Counted from the stretch's first letter, positions 27,462 to 41,168 are shown. The stretch: DNA of 64,000 nt from Octopus sinensis (GCF_006345805.1 NC_042998.1:20212001-20276000), one strand, 5' to 3'. Made by a program: numbers and translations. Notes: generated by a model not told the origin, from the sequence alone.

Positions 27462-28075
27462 AGGTGGCGGGCTGGCAGAAACGTTAGCACGCCGGGCGAA
27501 ATGCGTCGCCGTATTTCGACTACCGTTACGTTCTGTGTTCAAATTCCGCCGAGGTCGACTTTACTTTTTATCCTTTCGGGGTCGATTAAGTAAGTACCAG
27601 TTACGCACTGGGGTCGATATAATCGACTTAATCCGTTTGTCTGTCCTTGTTTGTCCTCTCTGTGTTTAGCCCCTTGTGGGTAGTAAAGAAATAGGTATTT
27701 CATATGCCGTTACGTTCTGAGTTCAAATTCCGCCGAGGTCGTCTTTGCCTTTCATCTTTTCGGGTCGATTAAATAAGTATCAGTTACGGACTGTGGATCG
27801 ATATAATCGACTTTATCCGTTTGTCTGTCCTTGTTTGTCCCCTCTGTGTGTAGCTACTTCTGGGCAGTAAAGAAATAAGAAACGTTAGCTCTCCGGGCGG
27901 AATGATTTGCGGTATTTCGTCTGCCGCTACGTTCTGAGTTCAAATTCCGCCGAGGTCGACTTTACCTTTCATTCTTTAGGGGTCGATAAATTAAGTACCA
28001 GTTGTGTACTGTGGTCGAACTAATCGACTGGCCTTCTCTTCCAAAATTTAGAGCCTTGTGCCTAGAATAGAAAAC
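27462..28075 (+). mobile_element. SINE-B trimer with 16-bp TSD
   Basis: aataatgatattccta at 27446-27461 and 28076-28091. Confidence 0.92.
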
Positions 28076-28122
28076 AATAATGATATTCCTAGACCAGGGT
28101 TAGGAAACTGCATTGTCTCCAG

Positions 28123-28222
<100 letters not shown>

Positions 28223-29024
28223 GTGCTGTGTCTGCATCAGTTAGCTACAGTTCCCATTGTCATTTGTCCTGTCATATCCAACATCTATTGCAAGAATACG
28301 AAGGCGACTCTGCACGAAATTAACCTAAATTGAATTGTGTTAGTAGAATTCTTCTGGGGCATCTCTGAATTATTAACATTGTCATTGCTGCCCTTGTTGT
28401 TATTGTTGTTGATGATGATGTTGTTGCTGTTTTTGCATAGAATCTATGATGAGAACAGTAACATTTCTTCGTTCTCTGCCGTAAGTTATTTCATTTCATA
28501 ACTATTTTTTTTTCTCAAATATATTTCAATTCTCAAATACACACACACGAAGTTTGGTTATATATTTCTATTTATTTTATACTCTCGTATGCTTGTGTAC
28601 GCTCAAGACTTTATTGATTTATCTCCGATTCAATCAGAGTTTACTTTCAACACTGTAGACACTAACTTAGCTAGGGGTTGGTTTTCGGATAGTCTTCGCT
28701 TGGTATATCTTTATAATTGTTTAGTCATGCAAATTTTTGGATTTTTTTAACTGTTTACATAATTTTCAATATTTTCTAGTTTATTTATTATGTTAATTTT
28801 TATTTTCCTTGTTTTATTTCGTTGAATATTTTTTTTCTTTCTTTCAGACTTCTAAATGTAATTAACCCTTCTCATAAAAAAGATTTATTATCAGTCGTCT
28901 CTACTTTTCCTCCGTTCTGAAACTTTCCGTTTTGTTTTCAATTTTATATTTTTTCTTTCTTTTGCTCTCATTTTGTGGCCTTATCTAATGTAGTTCTATT
29001 AAATTTCCTTCTTCTTTGCATCCT

Positions 29025-29055
<31 letters not shown>

Positions 29056-29076
29056 CTTCTTCTTCTTCTTCTTCTT

Positions 29077-29151
<75 letters not shown>

Positions 29152-29204
29152 GTTGTTGTTGTTGTTGTCGTTGTCGTTGTTGTTCTTCTTCTTCTTCTCA
29201 TTAA

Positions 29205-29255
<51 letters not shown>

Positions 29256-29431
29256 CGTTGTTGTTGCTGTTACTGTCATTATTGTTTATGTCGTAGTTAG
29301 TCTCTTCGTCGTGATCATCACAACCTCTAATCTAAATACACGCGTACACACACGTGCATACAGACAAGCACAGACATATGTATGTATGTATGTATGCATG
29401 TGTGAATGTATGTGTGTATGTTCGTACGCGT

Positions 29432-30570
29432 AATAAGTAGCATGTAAACTGTTTCAAGTAAAATGATCTTAGTGATGTTGCCCGCGACAAGGCTAGTTAT
29501 CTTTTCTACTGACTTGTTCATAGGTCACAGTACAACTTTAACAACTGATTATCATTTCGGTCGCCTTTCGTATTCCATAACCTGCCGATTTCGATCTACA
29601 AGCTTTTCTAATAGGTCAGCTTTGCTGTGACTTCATGGAGTCTTTCTTTTGGAAGATGCGCGATATCAATAAATAGACACCTTCTAACCTTCATGTCCTT
29701 CATACCGATGTCAGGCTTTTGATCTTTATCCCTCTATCACTGTAGAGAAGCATATTACAAAGTATAGTAATATCAATAGTGCTAGTGACTATGTTTGGTT
29801 GATGTTCGTACCATTTCTCAGTTGCTTTGATTTGGAAACACCGACATATTTTCATTGCAGGTAGGTCGAAGCCTTGTTATGCCAGTGACTGTATTTGGTC
29901 TTTGCTAGTCCCAAGAATCCAGAGGCAAGATAAATGATGGTTTCTTCACATTTTCACAAATCTTGTATTGTGGATCCAATCCATCTTTATTGAGGCGATG
30001 ACGATAGTCTGTAGTTGCAAGTCTCTGAAATGGTGCAGCGATTATCCAACCTTCTATCTGCACTTTCAAGCCAGTAATATGATGCCACCGTTGCGACGCA
30101 GTTAGCCCACGTCTGCATCCTGTATCCGGTCTGGGCATTTTTTGTTCACTACCTTTTCTGCTTTGTGCAGCCGAAGCTGCGTATAGTGTTCCAATCTGCC
30201 TCGATCGTTTGATGTAAGTTCCTTTTCGGGGACATCAAACACATTTTCGAAATACCATGCTTCTGTCTTAATGGAGCAAATCATATGGTTTAGAATTCGA
30301 GGTATCAGGTCTTCTTTTTTTCTAAAGCTCTTGCTATGTACGGCCTGTCCACATCTATTTTCCAGTGGTGCATCTAATCTGTGGTCAACATCTTCAATGT
30401 CTTGATGTCCAGTATCTTGTACGTTACAACAAGTGTTAAACTTAATGTTCACGACCCATCTGCATGTTACAGACTCTGTGATGAATTAGGTAAATATCAG
30501 GCAGACTGCGTGTATTTGGAGGGTCTTCTTTATTCCTGAATGTAGAATGCTGTTAAATGAATCGTGGTCG
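29432..30570 (-). pseudogene. Old degenerate Dong/R4-type LINE (RT C-terminus to RLE)
   Basis: Broken frames give MHHWKIDVDRPYIAR, GLKVQIEGWIIAA, EKWYEHQPNIVT, KPDIGMKD..RCLFIDIA, which align to the 9306-10340 protein and to Dong consensus motifs. Confidence 0.8.
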
Positions 30571-30631
30571 TCGATCAGGTGGTATTAAATGAATGCTGGT
30601 CTTCGATCAGGTGGTGGTAGTGGTGGTGGTA

Positions 30632-31050
30632 ATAAGGCGGGAGCTGGCGGAAACGTTAGCACGACGGGTGAAATGCGTAGCCGTATTTCGTCTGCCGCTA
30701 CGTTCTGAGTTCAAATTCCGCCGAGGTCGACATTGTCTTTCATTCTTTCGGGGTCGATTAAGTAAGTACCAGTTACGCACTGGGGTCGATATAATCGACT
30801 TAATCCGTTTGTCTGTCCTTGTTTGTCCCCTCTATGTTTAGCCCCTTGTGGGTAGTAAAGAAATAGGTAATAAGGCGGGAAACAGGCAGGTTCGTTAGCA
30901 CACCGGAAAAAGTGTTTCGAGGAATTTCCTCACTACGTTCTCACTTCCAGGTCCGCCAAGGCCGACTTCACCTTTCATCCTTTCGGGGTCATAAAAGTGA
31001 GGACCAGTCCAAGTACTGTGGTCGATGTAATCGACTTCTCCTCCCCTTAA
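30632..31050 (+). mobile_element. Two adjacent SINE-B copies (the second one old)
   Basis: Heads aaggcggga at ~30634 and ~30872. Confidence 0.8.
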
Positions 31051-31564
31051 AAAAAAAAACTGCTGGTCTTCTGTCAACATTTGAACCCATTATAGTTATT
31101 CTTATTATTGTCGTTATCTTTGCAATTGTTATTTTCCTTCTCGTTGCTGTCATTCTGATTATTGTTTATTTATGGTTGTTGCGATGGTTTACCATAATGT
31201 TGTTATTACGAATATTTGTATAAAAAATATCAACAACAGTCTTTTCATGAGATTTTACTCCTGAGGAAATTTCTAAACCACTTCAAACAGTTGATTCAAT
31301 CGTAAGAGTCGATATTTGAAATGAAAAATAAAATAATTGAACTCTGGGTTATAATACGGGCAGAGAATTTTACTCAATAGTGGTCTTCTTTGTTATGTAA
31401 CAAAAGATTATCATATATCTATCTATTTACATTGATAGATCTACCTAAGTAATCTGTTTAGGTATCTAGCAATACACACACAAACATTTATATACGCTCA
31501 CGCATACATCATGCATACATATACGTGTATATATATATAGATAGATAGATAGATAGATAGATAG

Positions 31565-31692
<128 letters not shown>

Positions 31693-31866
31693 GTATACAT
31701 ATATGCATATATATATAATACATATATGTATATATATATATATACACACATTCCCGGCCGATGCACAAGGGTCTTTTGAATGGTGGTGCCCCAGCATGGC
31801 CACAGCTCGTGAGCTGAAACTAGATAAAATGAAAATGATAAAATGAATACATACATAAATACATAT

Positions 31867-31935
<69 letters not shown>

Positions 31936-32439
31936 GCTTGTATATATGCGTATATGCACGTATATATATACCTATATATATATGTAGATAGATAGATAGA
32001 TAGATATGTTTATTATATATCATATATATAAATATATAAACATATATGTATATATGTGTATACGTATATGTGTGTGTATGTGTATGTGTGTGCGTGTGCG
32101 TGTGCGTGCGTTTTAATCTTATTTCGTATAAATCAAATGATAAAGATATAAGCTTAAAACATACGCGTGTGCCCGTACGCGTGTTTGTGTGCGTATGTGC
32201 ATTTGTGCGTGCGTGTGCCTGTGTGTGTGTACGCGCGTATGGGTGTGTGTGTGTGTATGTATGTGTTTGTGTGTGTGTGGGGGGGAGGCAAGCGTGTTTA
32301 TCTTACATTGTCATATCATTTACATAATGTTTTTTTATTAAACGTCTAAACTCGCTACAAATCTCCTACTGTTTTCTTGTACATTGTCTAATCTCCTTCC
32401 TCTATTTGCTATTGTGGTAAATAAATATAACATTATTAT

Positions 32440-32485
32440 CAGTACTGTTCGTCATTATCATTATTATTATTATTACTATTTTTAC

Positions 32486-32542
<57 letters not shown>

Positions 32543-32599
32543 CATTATTACTATTATTATTATTATTATTTATTATCATTATTATTATTATCTATTATC

Positions 32600-32634
<35 letters not shown>

Positions 32635-32691
32635 CATTATTACTATTATTATTATTATTATTTATTATCATTATTATTATTATCTATTATC

Positions 32692-32723
<32 letters not shown>

Positions 32724-32789
32724 CATTATTATCATTATTACTATTATTATTATTATTATTTATTATCATTATTATTATTATCTATTATC

Positions 32790-32825
<36 letters not shown>

Positions 32826-33100
32826 GTTATCGTCGTCGTCGTCGTCATCATCATCATCATTAATATCATCATCATTACTATTATTATTATCATCATCATT
32901 ATCTTCATCATTATTATTATCATTATTATTATTGTTTTTGTTGTTATCAATCATGATCATAATCATCATCATCATCATCATCACTATTATTATTATTATT
33001 ATCCCCTCCAGCACCATCAGGTCTTCCTCAAAATGATAATAGAAATAGTAATAATAGTAATAATAACCGCCACCTCCATTATTATTATTAATAATGAAAA
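32440..33100. repeat. (TAT)n/(CAT)n microsatellite
   Basis: Direct reading. Confidence 0.93.
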
Positions 33101-33284
33101 ATATGTTTGCTATTGTGGCGAATAAACATAATATCAACATTATTATTATTATTATTGCTATCATTATCACCGTCATAATAATCATCGTCCTCAGTTTTCA
33201 ACACAATTTATACCAACATTAATGAATCTACTTTATATATATATATATATATAATCAAAAATAAGCAACAAGAATGACTCCGGT

Positions 33285-33375
33285 AATTTGGTACAATTGT
33301 TTCGCACTACATCATTTAATGAAAAGTTGTAAGTATCACAGCAGATTTAAGATGCTGAGTGCTCATCAGCCAATT
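33285..33375 (-). ncRNA. Type I hammerhead candidate (HH-C, left arm)
   Basis: Mirror image of 33491-33581 with intact CUGAUGA, GAAA and GUA. Confidence 0.78.
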
Positions 33376-33490
33376 ATATAGGTTTTCCAATAATACAAGG
33401 GCTTTCAAATCAAGTAGTATCTGTATATCTACCTTCTCTATAATGTTACTACTTGATTTGAAAGCCTTTGTATTATTGGAAAACCTCTAT

Positions 33491-33581
33491 AATTGGCTGA
33501 TGAGCACTCAGCATCTTAAATCTGCTGTAATACTTACAACTTTTAATAAAATGATGTAGTGCGAAACAATTGTACCAAATT
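33491..33581 (+). ncRNA. Type I hammerhead candidate (HH-C, right arm), canonical core
   Basis: UUGG-CUGAUGA-GCAC[51 nt]GUGC-GAAA-CAAUUG-UA-CCAA; palindromic ACAAUUGU stem III; predicted cut after 33574. Confidence 0.8.
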
Positions 33582-33709
33582 ACCGGAGTCATTCTTGCTG
33601 CTTATTTTTGATTATAATCACCCCGCAAATTTTTATGGATAACACCATACAAAATTCTGGTGCATCTAAATTAAGTACCATATTCATTTGAATCTAAATT
33701 GTTGCTGAA

Positions 33710-33754
<45 letters not shown>

Positions 33755-33850
33755 ATAAAAAAGGTAAGACAACAAAAGAATGAAAGAGACCTCGATATGA
33801 TGTAAATAGAGGAATTTATCTGTAAATGTAATATGTGACAATTATTCCGT

Positions 33851-33922
33851 AGCCATGATAAAACTACGAGTTTCGGATGCACAGGTGGAAGTCCAGGCCG
33901 CCATCTCTTCAGTTATCTGGTC
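33851..33922 (-). ncRNA. Type I hammerhead candidate (HH-D, left arm)
   Basis: GAUAA-CUGAAGA-GAUG..CAUCC-GAAA-CUCGUAG-UU-UUAUC. Confidence 0.68.
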
Positions 33923-34121
33923 AACGTGGGTGTGCGGGCGCTCATATGTAGGTATGGACATGAGCGTTTAAGCGAATACTACGAACCTTTTTTGCACCCT
34001 GACTTTTACTCTCTCCCCTCACTTAGCGGTCATTCAAATAGCTCTTTTGTCTTAATAACGGTTAGTCATACAGTAATTTCCTTTTGTATAACGGTCATTT
34101 TCATGGCATTTTTTTTCCGAT

Positions 34122-34193
34122 GGCCAGATAACTGAAGAGATGGCGGCGTGGATTTCCACCTCGGCATCCGAAACTCGGAGTTTTATCATGGCT
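34122..34193 (+). ncRNA. Type I hammerhead candidate (HH-D, right arm)
   Basis: GGCCAGAUAA-CUGAAGA-long stem II-GAAA-CUCGGAG-UU-UUAUCaUGGCU; 10-bp bulged stem I; predicted cut after 34182. Confidence 0.72.
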
Positions 34194-34224
34194 ACCGAAT
34201 AATCGTCACATATTACATGTGCAG

Positions 34225-34258
<34 letters not shown>

Positions 34259-34345
34259 TATATATATATAACACAAGTGCTTACACATGCATAGATAGAC
34301 AGGCAGACAGTCAGACAGACAGATACACACACACACACATAGATG

Positions 34346-34400
<55 letters not shown>

Positions 34401-34714
34401 TGATTGATTGATAGTTACCCGCATATATGCATAAACATATACTTTTGCGAGGAAAATGTTGACAGTATCTTTTCAGTTTGCTTGTCTTCGTCTCTCCAAT
34501 GAATGCGAACCAGTAGTCGAAGCTCTTAAGTTACTATCACCATTTTCCTTGAAAATGTTTAATAATCATGTATTATACTGAAAAGCATTGAGTAACCGTT
34601 CAGCTTCATGTTTATGCGCCCAGTTCTACTTCATTACACCTTCTACTACAGCCCTGGCTTGTGAATGGATTTGGTTGACGGAAACGGAAATAAATCCGTG
34701 ATATATATATATAT

Positions 34715-35416
34715 ATATAAAATTAATTAAGGGTAGAAATTGATATTTATCAATTAAGACCAGTGGTCTAGCATATTAAAAAAGAATCCGAAGATTAAAA
34801 TATTTATATATACCAATTAAGGACTGAACACGAAAAGTGGACAGTCAACATGCTAGATATAGACGTCAAATCGCCATTCACCACAAAAGATTATGTTCTC
34901 AGATCAAACTCAACACAAAACCATAGCAATAAAAGTGAAAAATATACGAAATAAAATAATTACCCATGTACTAAATAGTTTCAGCTGTTATTTTCCGCAA
35001 GGAAAACTGCAGCCATCATCAGCATGGTCCGTTATAAATGTAATTTGCTGGACTAGATGCAAACACGATACCGAAATATCGCGTGCATGGAGTTCAGCCT
35101 ATTACATTTGAATATATCCTTCAAATGCCTTTACTTTGGTGCGTTGGAACCCGAGAAAACTAGCCTGCAGCTAATAATTAGCAGCAGTTAATTTATCGGT
35201 TAGAGAACATATTTATTTATATAAAATTAATTAAGGAAAATAACAGCTGAAACTAATTTAGTACATGGGTAATTATTTTATTTCGTATATTTTTCACTTG
35301 TTTATTGCTATGGTTTTGTGTTGAGTTGATCTGAGAACATAATCTTTGTGGTGAATGGCGATTTGACGTCTATATCTAGCATGTTGACTGTCACTTTTCG
35401 TGTTCAGTCCTTAATT

Positions 35417-35425
<9 letters not shown>
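34715..35425. mobile_element. pLTR-like element (HH-E) with a 190-bp inverted truncated copy
   Basis: Arms 34806-34996 and 35235-35425 differ by only a few indels; direct repeat atataaaattaattaagg near 34715 and 35218. Confidence 0.82.
34964..35027 (-). ncRNA. Type I hammerhead candidate (HH-E)
   Basis: CCAUG-CUGAUGA-U-GGCUG..UUUUCC-UUGC-GGAAAA..CAGCU-GAAA-CUAUUUAG-UA-CAUGG; predicted cut between 34969 and 34968. Confidence 0.76.
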
Positions 35426-35458
<33 letters not shown>

Positions 35459-35565
35459 ATATATATATAATGATAAGATCGTTGTTCAAAATACCGATTA
35501 TATCAAGTGGCCAGTATGGGAATAAAAACCTTATAAGTATTAATTATTATTAAAATTAAAATTAT

Positions 35566-35705
35566 GGGTATCCAAGAGATACCACCATGCTAGGGATAGC
35601 AGTCAAAACTTGACTCTAAAACCATATCATGTATGAATACATGATGTGGTTTCAGAATCAAGTTTTGGCTGCTATCTCTAGCTTGGTAGTATCTCTCAGA
35701 TACCC
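35566..35705. repeat. 68-bp-arm hairpin with a 4-nt loop
   Basis: Arms 35566-35633 and 35638-35705, 9 mismatches counted by eye. Confidence 0.9.
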
Positions 35706-35967
35706 TTAATTATTATTGTATTATATATATATACGTATATATACATACGTATATATATATATATATTATATATATATATTATATATATATATATATATAT
35801 GTATATATGCGTGTGTGTGTATGTGTGTGTTTATAAATTTCTACTAATGCACTTGCTTATTGATACACCTGTCTTCGTCTTTTGTTTTTCTATAAATTTC
35901 AAATATATACATACATATACATACACATATATGTATGAATGTAAATATGTAGATATGTGTGTGTGTA

Positions 35968-36000
<33 letters not shown>

Positions 36001-36384
36001 AATTTTCATCTAGTAACGTAATATAATGTAAGTGCTTGGTTTGATGTTTACAACTTAGACTCCAACTTGAACTTCAACTGAAAAAGAGTGGTGTTGTAGC
36101 TACCTATCAAAGACGGCTGGAAGTGATTAATCTTTGAGCGGGTAGATATATATCCAAAACAGAAAATAAACAGGCAAAATATAATTTAAATAGTAAACAT
36201 AATGCAGAGTAGTTATAGTAAATACTAAAAGTCTCTTGCAGCTGTTTCTAGAATTACTGAGCATTTGGATCATATACTATTGAATAAAAATTTCCATGTA
36301 AGCTAACTACATCATGGTCGTGGCTGGTGAGAGAGAGAGAGAAATGATGTCCTTAATCAAGAATGTCAGTAGTTCGTCGAAGAG

Positions 36385-36535
36385 CCGCTCTGCCTGCAAT
36401 GCCAAGGCCAATTTGACAGCTGAGATGAAGTAGGTTTTCGAAGATCTTCCCAATGGTATAGTGTATAACTCCGGCGCCTGGTTCCGGAATCGTCTGGAAG
36501 CCATGGTGGAAACTGAGGACGACCACTTTGAATAA
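36385..36535 (+). pseudogene. Tc1/mariner (maT/DD37D-like) transposase C-terminal remnant
   Basis: SACNAKANLTAEMK*VFEDLPNGIVYNSGAWFRNRLEAMVETEDDHFE* resembles the ...RFRxRLEAVVEAxGxxFE* end of these transposases. Confidence 0.55.
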
Positions 36536-36768
36536 ACTGTTATATCCCAGCCATAATCAAGATGGTATATCTTTTATATTTTGAAATATCTTTGCTTTCG
36601 GATGTGGTATCGTTTTCCTTTCCTGTATGCAAACTGTCGAATTAATTTTTCATTCATTTGTAGAAACATTCTTGGAATATTTTTGTGCTGCTCCATCTCT
36701 TTCCTTTACTTTACTTCCCTTAATTACCTTTCTCTCTCTGTCTCTCTCTCTGGGTCTCTTTCTATCTC

Positions 36769-36800
<32 letters not shown>

Positions 36801-36929
36801 GCTATCTATCTATCTATCTATCTCTTGCTACCTCTTTTTCTCTGTTGACCTTCTCCATCTACCACGTGATCCGTGACGGCCTAAGGCGGCGTCATTCTTC
36901 TTCACGTTGCCTTCGACCGGATTCTCTTT

Positions 36930-37222
36930 TACTCTTATACTCCTTTGTTTCAGGCATCTGATTGTGGCCATACTGGAGCGCCGCCTTAAGTCGAACAAAT
37001 CGCCCCAGAACTTATTATTTGTAAGCCTAATACTTATTTTATCGGTCTCTTTTGCCGAACCGGAAACTGAAAGGGGCTTCTTTCAGTTTCCGTCTATCAA
37101 ATCCACTAACAAGTGTTTGGTCAGACCGAGGCTATAGCAGAAAACACTTGCCCAAGGTTCTACGAAGTGGAGCTGGACCGAGAACTATGTGGTTGGTAAG
37201 CAAGCTACTTACCACAGCCAAT
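36930..37222 (-). mobile_element. Internally deleted SINE-A
   Basis: Reverse-complement head (gcaagctacttaccacagcc) and tail present. Confidence 0.78.
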
Positions 37223-38094
37223 TCTGCGACTGGTCGCCATTTTCTGAGCTCCTCCCTCTACTCCTCCCGTATCTATAGTCCTTTAGAACAGTTTTCATTT
37301 CTCCTTCGCGTTACCCATTTATGTTGTGTGTTTCAACCCGAATACTTTTTTCTTTTTTGCTGCATATTTAGTGTTATCATTTTAATTGTTGCCTTCGTTT
37401 GGCCCTAAGCCTATTTTCTGTTGTTTTGTCCATCGTCCGTCCACTAACGGTCTTGTCTTGAACCCGACTCGTTTTTGTTATGTTTCGCTTCCATTCCCAG
37501 CAATTTTCTTGCCGGTGCCACTAGAGTGGAAACGATATTATCGATAATGGACGAAATTGCGTTTGACCCTCTGGTCGAAAACTAACAAGAAGCTGGTGAC
37601 CTTCTATGCATTCTGTTCGTCTGTATATGTAGTATATATTCGTATTTACGACACGTCTTTTCGAATTATATATATGTACGTGTGTGTATGTGTACACCTA
37701 ATTATGTGTTTGTGTGCGCGCATGCATGTATATGTCAGTGTGTGTATACATATTTCTTCGCCAGTCAATGAAACCACGCTTGTTTCATTCCACTTTTATT
37801 TTTCAATTTAGTTTTGTGATATCATAATACTGTAATAATGTTATAATTCTGCTGCACTCGTAGCTATTAAAAGCAACACAATTATCATTTCTGTTATTGT
37901 CTTTATCATTAAGACTCTCGGCTTTGATGACATCATCGCTATCGTCGACGGTCTTCTTTCTCTTCTTCTTTTTCCTCTTCGTTTCCTAGTAATCATTACA
38001 TTGTTGTTTATTCTCTAATCGTTATTCCGCCAATATTTCCGAAAACATTATAGTTAACCAATATTTATTTCTCCAGCAGACACCAATAAAAGGA

Positions 38095-38560
<466 letters not shown>

Positions 38561-39109
38561 ACGATATTTGTTTGTTTTTGTTGTTTTTCTGTTGTTCTTC
38601 AGATTGCTGCTTTCTTTTGTATTCTACGTCTCTTTCTTTTTTTTCATACGTTCTTTTCGCTTCTTTTTCTTCAACTTCTTCACCTTTTATTCCTCATCAT
38701 CATCATCACCACTCCTTTCTTCTCCTTTTCCTTCTCTTTTTTTCTTCTTTTCTTTCTTCTTCGTTTTTTACCCCTCTCCTCATCCCACTCCATCTTCTTT
38801 TCCGTCCATCTTTTTCCGTATCTGTTTCATTCTTCTCACTTTTTCTCTTTATAATGGGTTCGTTGTACTTTGGTGTTATTGTCGGTATGAAGTTTCTTAT
38901 ACATAACCTTCACATAATATTTCGCGAAACTTCGAAGCCACAAACATATATACATATAGATCTTCCAAGACGAATGAATGAAACAAGTAACAAGGAAATC
39001 AAAGAATTCACAATATAAGAGACGCTAGACACTTTAAAGCAACACTTTATATATAATCTAACTCATTCTGTAGTTTATATATTCCTGAAAAACACTTTAC
39101 TTTAAAATA

Positions 39110-39605
39110 TTAGGTTGTCCGGAAAGTTCGTGCCGATTTTTAAAGGAAAGAAAAAGGTCAATAAATACTTGCCATTACATTTTTAATCAACCAAATATGA
39201 ACCATTTAGTTGCACAATGCGTCTCCATCTTTCCTTTAACTTGAAAATACCCTCTTCCCAGAATTGAGGTGGTTTCATGGCAAAGAATTCATCAAGGTAT
39301 CTTTTTACGTCGTCCAAGGACTTGAAATTTTTATCATTAAGACTATTCTGCAGAGATCTGAATAAGTGGAAAACCGAAGGAGCAATATCTGGTGAATATG
39401 GAGGGCGGGATAACACAACCCAGCCGAGCTGCAGAAATTTTTGTCTGTTTCCAAAAAGTATCAAGTGACGAAAATGAACTTTTTTGTCTTCCATTTTAAA
39501 GGGTTACAGAATTAACACAGGTAATAGGAACATAAACCTTCTTTCACGAAGAGATAGCTTAAACTGTGCTCTAAATGGAGGTATAGTCAAATCCTATTTT
39601 GACTA
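39110..39605 (-). mobile_element. Internally deleted mariner (DD34D-type); ORF 39183-39494 fuses the transposase N- and C-termini
   Basis: MEDKKVHFRHLILF joined to RQKFLQLGWVVLSRPPYSPDIAPS..FHLFRSLQNSL..WEEGIFKL.ERW; TA + TIR TTAGGTTGTCCGGAAAG at 39110. Confidence 0.9.
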
Positions 39606-39653
39606 TATATGTGTGTGTGTATGTATGTATATGTATATATTATACACATATAT

Positions 39654-39701
<48 letters not shown>

Positions 39702-40186
39702 GGCGGGGTTGTATACGTATGTAAAGTTTGTAAATAGATATACGTGAATTCATGACGGTCACTGGAAGTTATTTAGATATATACATATAAATTTATGTAC
39801 AAATTTATCCATAAATACAGAGAGTTTATATATAAATGTGAGAGAGCAAGAGAGAGAGAGAGAGGGGGGGTACATGTGTGTTTTGGTGCATGTAGGCGTG
39901 TGTGTGTATGTATGTGTGTTTAATGCGTCAAAATAATGACAGCGCACTTGAGTTTGGCCCTTGGCTTCTCGCTACATTTGCGATCAACCAAGTACAAAGC
40001 TCCAGTTGACAATCATTTCATACAATAACGACATTATTGCACTCTATTCAGTCTAATGCTTCATCTGTCAGAGACTGTTTGTAGTATACGTAATGTGTCC
40101 ATATGTGTGATTGTGTATACGTAGGAGTGTGTGCGCGTGCATGTGAGTGTATACATACATTGTGAAACATGAAACACACACGTATG

Positions 40187-40232
<46 letters not shown>

Positions 40233-40398
40233 CCATATCTTACATGTGCGTAGTTTATATCCGTATCTATAAGTATGAATACCTCTATACACCAATACAC
40301 GAAGAAACGAATATATATATGTGTGTGTGTATGTGTGTATGGTGTGTGTAGCGTGCGTGGGTTTGTGTGTGTATATGTATATATGTATATATGTATGT

Positions 40399-40443
<45 letters not shown>

Positions 40444-40757
40444 TGTGTTGTATATTTATATATATAAAAGTTTATTATATATAAGTAAATATATATATAT
40501 AATATTCATACATACATAATATACATATAAACACACACATATCTATAAATGTATATATATATGAGTAAATATATATGTTCATGTATATATATATATGCTT
40601 ACATATACATGGACATGTATATATATGTACGTGTCTGTCTATATATATATACATGTAATGCATATGTCTATATATACACATATATACGTATATATATGTA
40701 TAATATATATATGTATAAATATATATACATATATAACATATACACACACACAACACA

Positions 40758-40805
<48 letters not shown>

Positions 40806-41168
40806 TATATTACACATACGTGCACGCATACATATACATATGTATATATGTGCATATCTGTGTAAGTACATATCTCAAAGTCATGGAGCAACTCGTGACA
40901 ATGTACTCGACAAATATCACAGAAGGTACCACATCCAAGGTGATAGCTACTGTATCTTTTGATTTTTCGTATCACGAATACAAAACAGTTTTCTTTCGAT
41001 CCTAATTCCGAAATCAAAATTGTTTTTGATTTTCTTCACGTATTTTTTTTAATTCGCCTAAACATAATATATTTGACATTTCAAGATAAAAAAACAAAAC
41101 ATTGCGCTTATACACAGACAGACAAACAGAGATATATACATACATGCACACACATACATATCATATAT

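Larger units (their letters stand above)
33250..33615. mobile_element. Foldback of two ~170-bp pLTR-like arms (33250-33419 / 33447-33615), each with a hammerhead (HH-C)
   Basis: Near-perfect inverted repeat with a 27-nt spacer. Confidence 0.88.
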
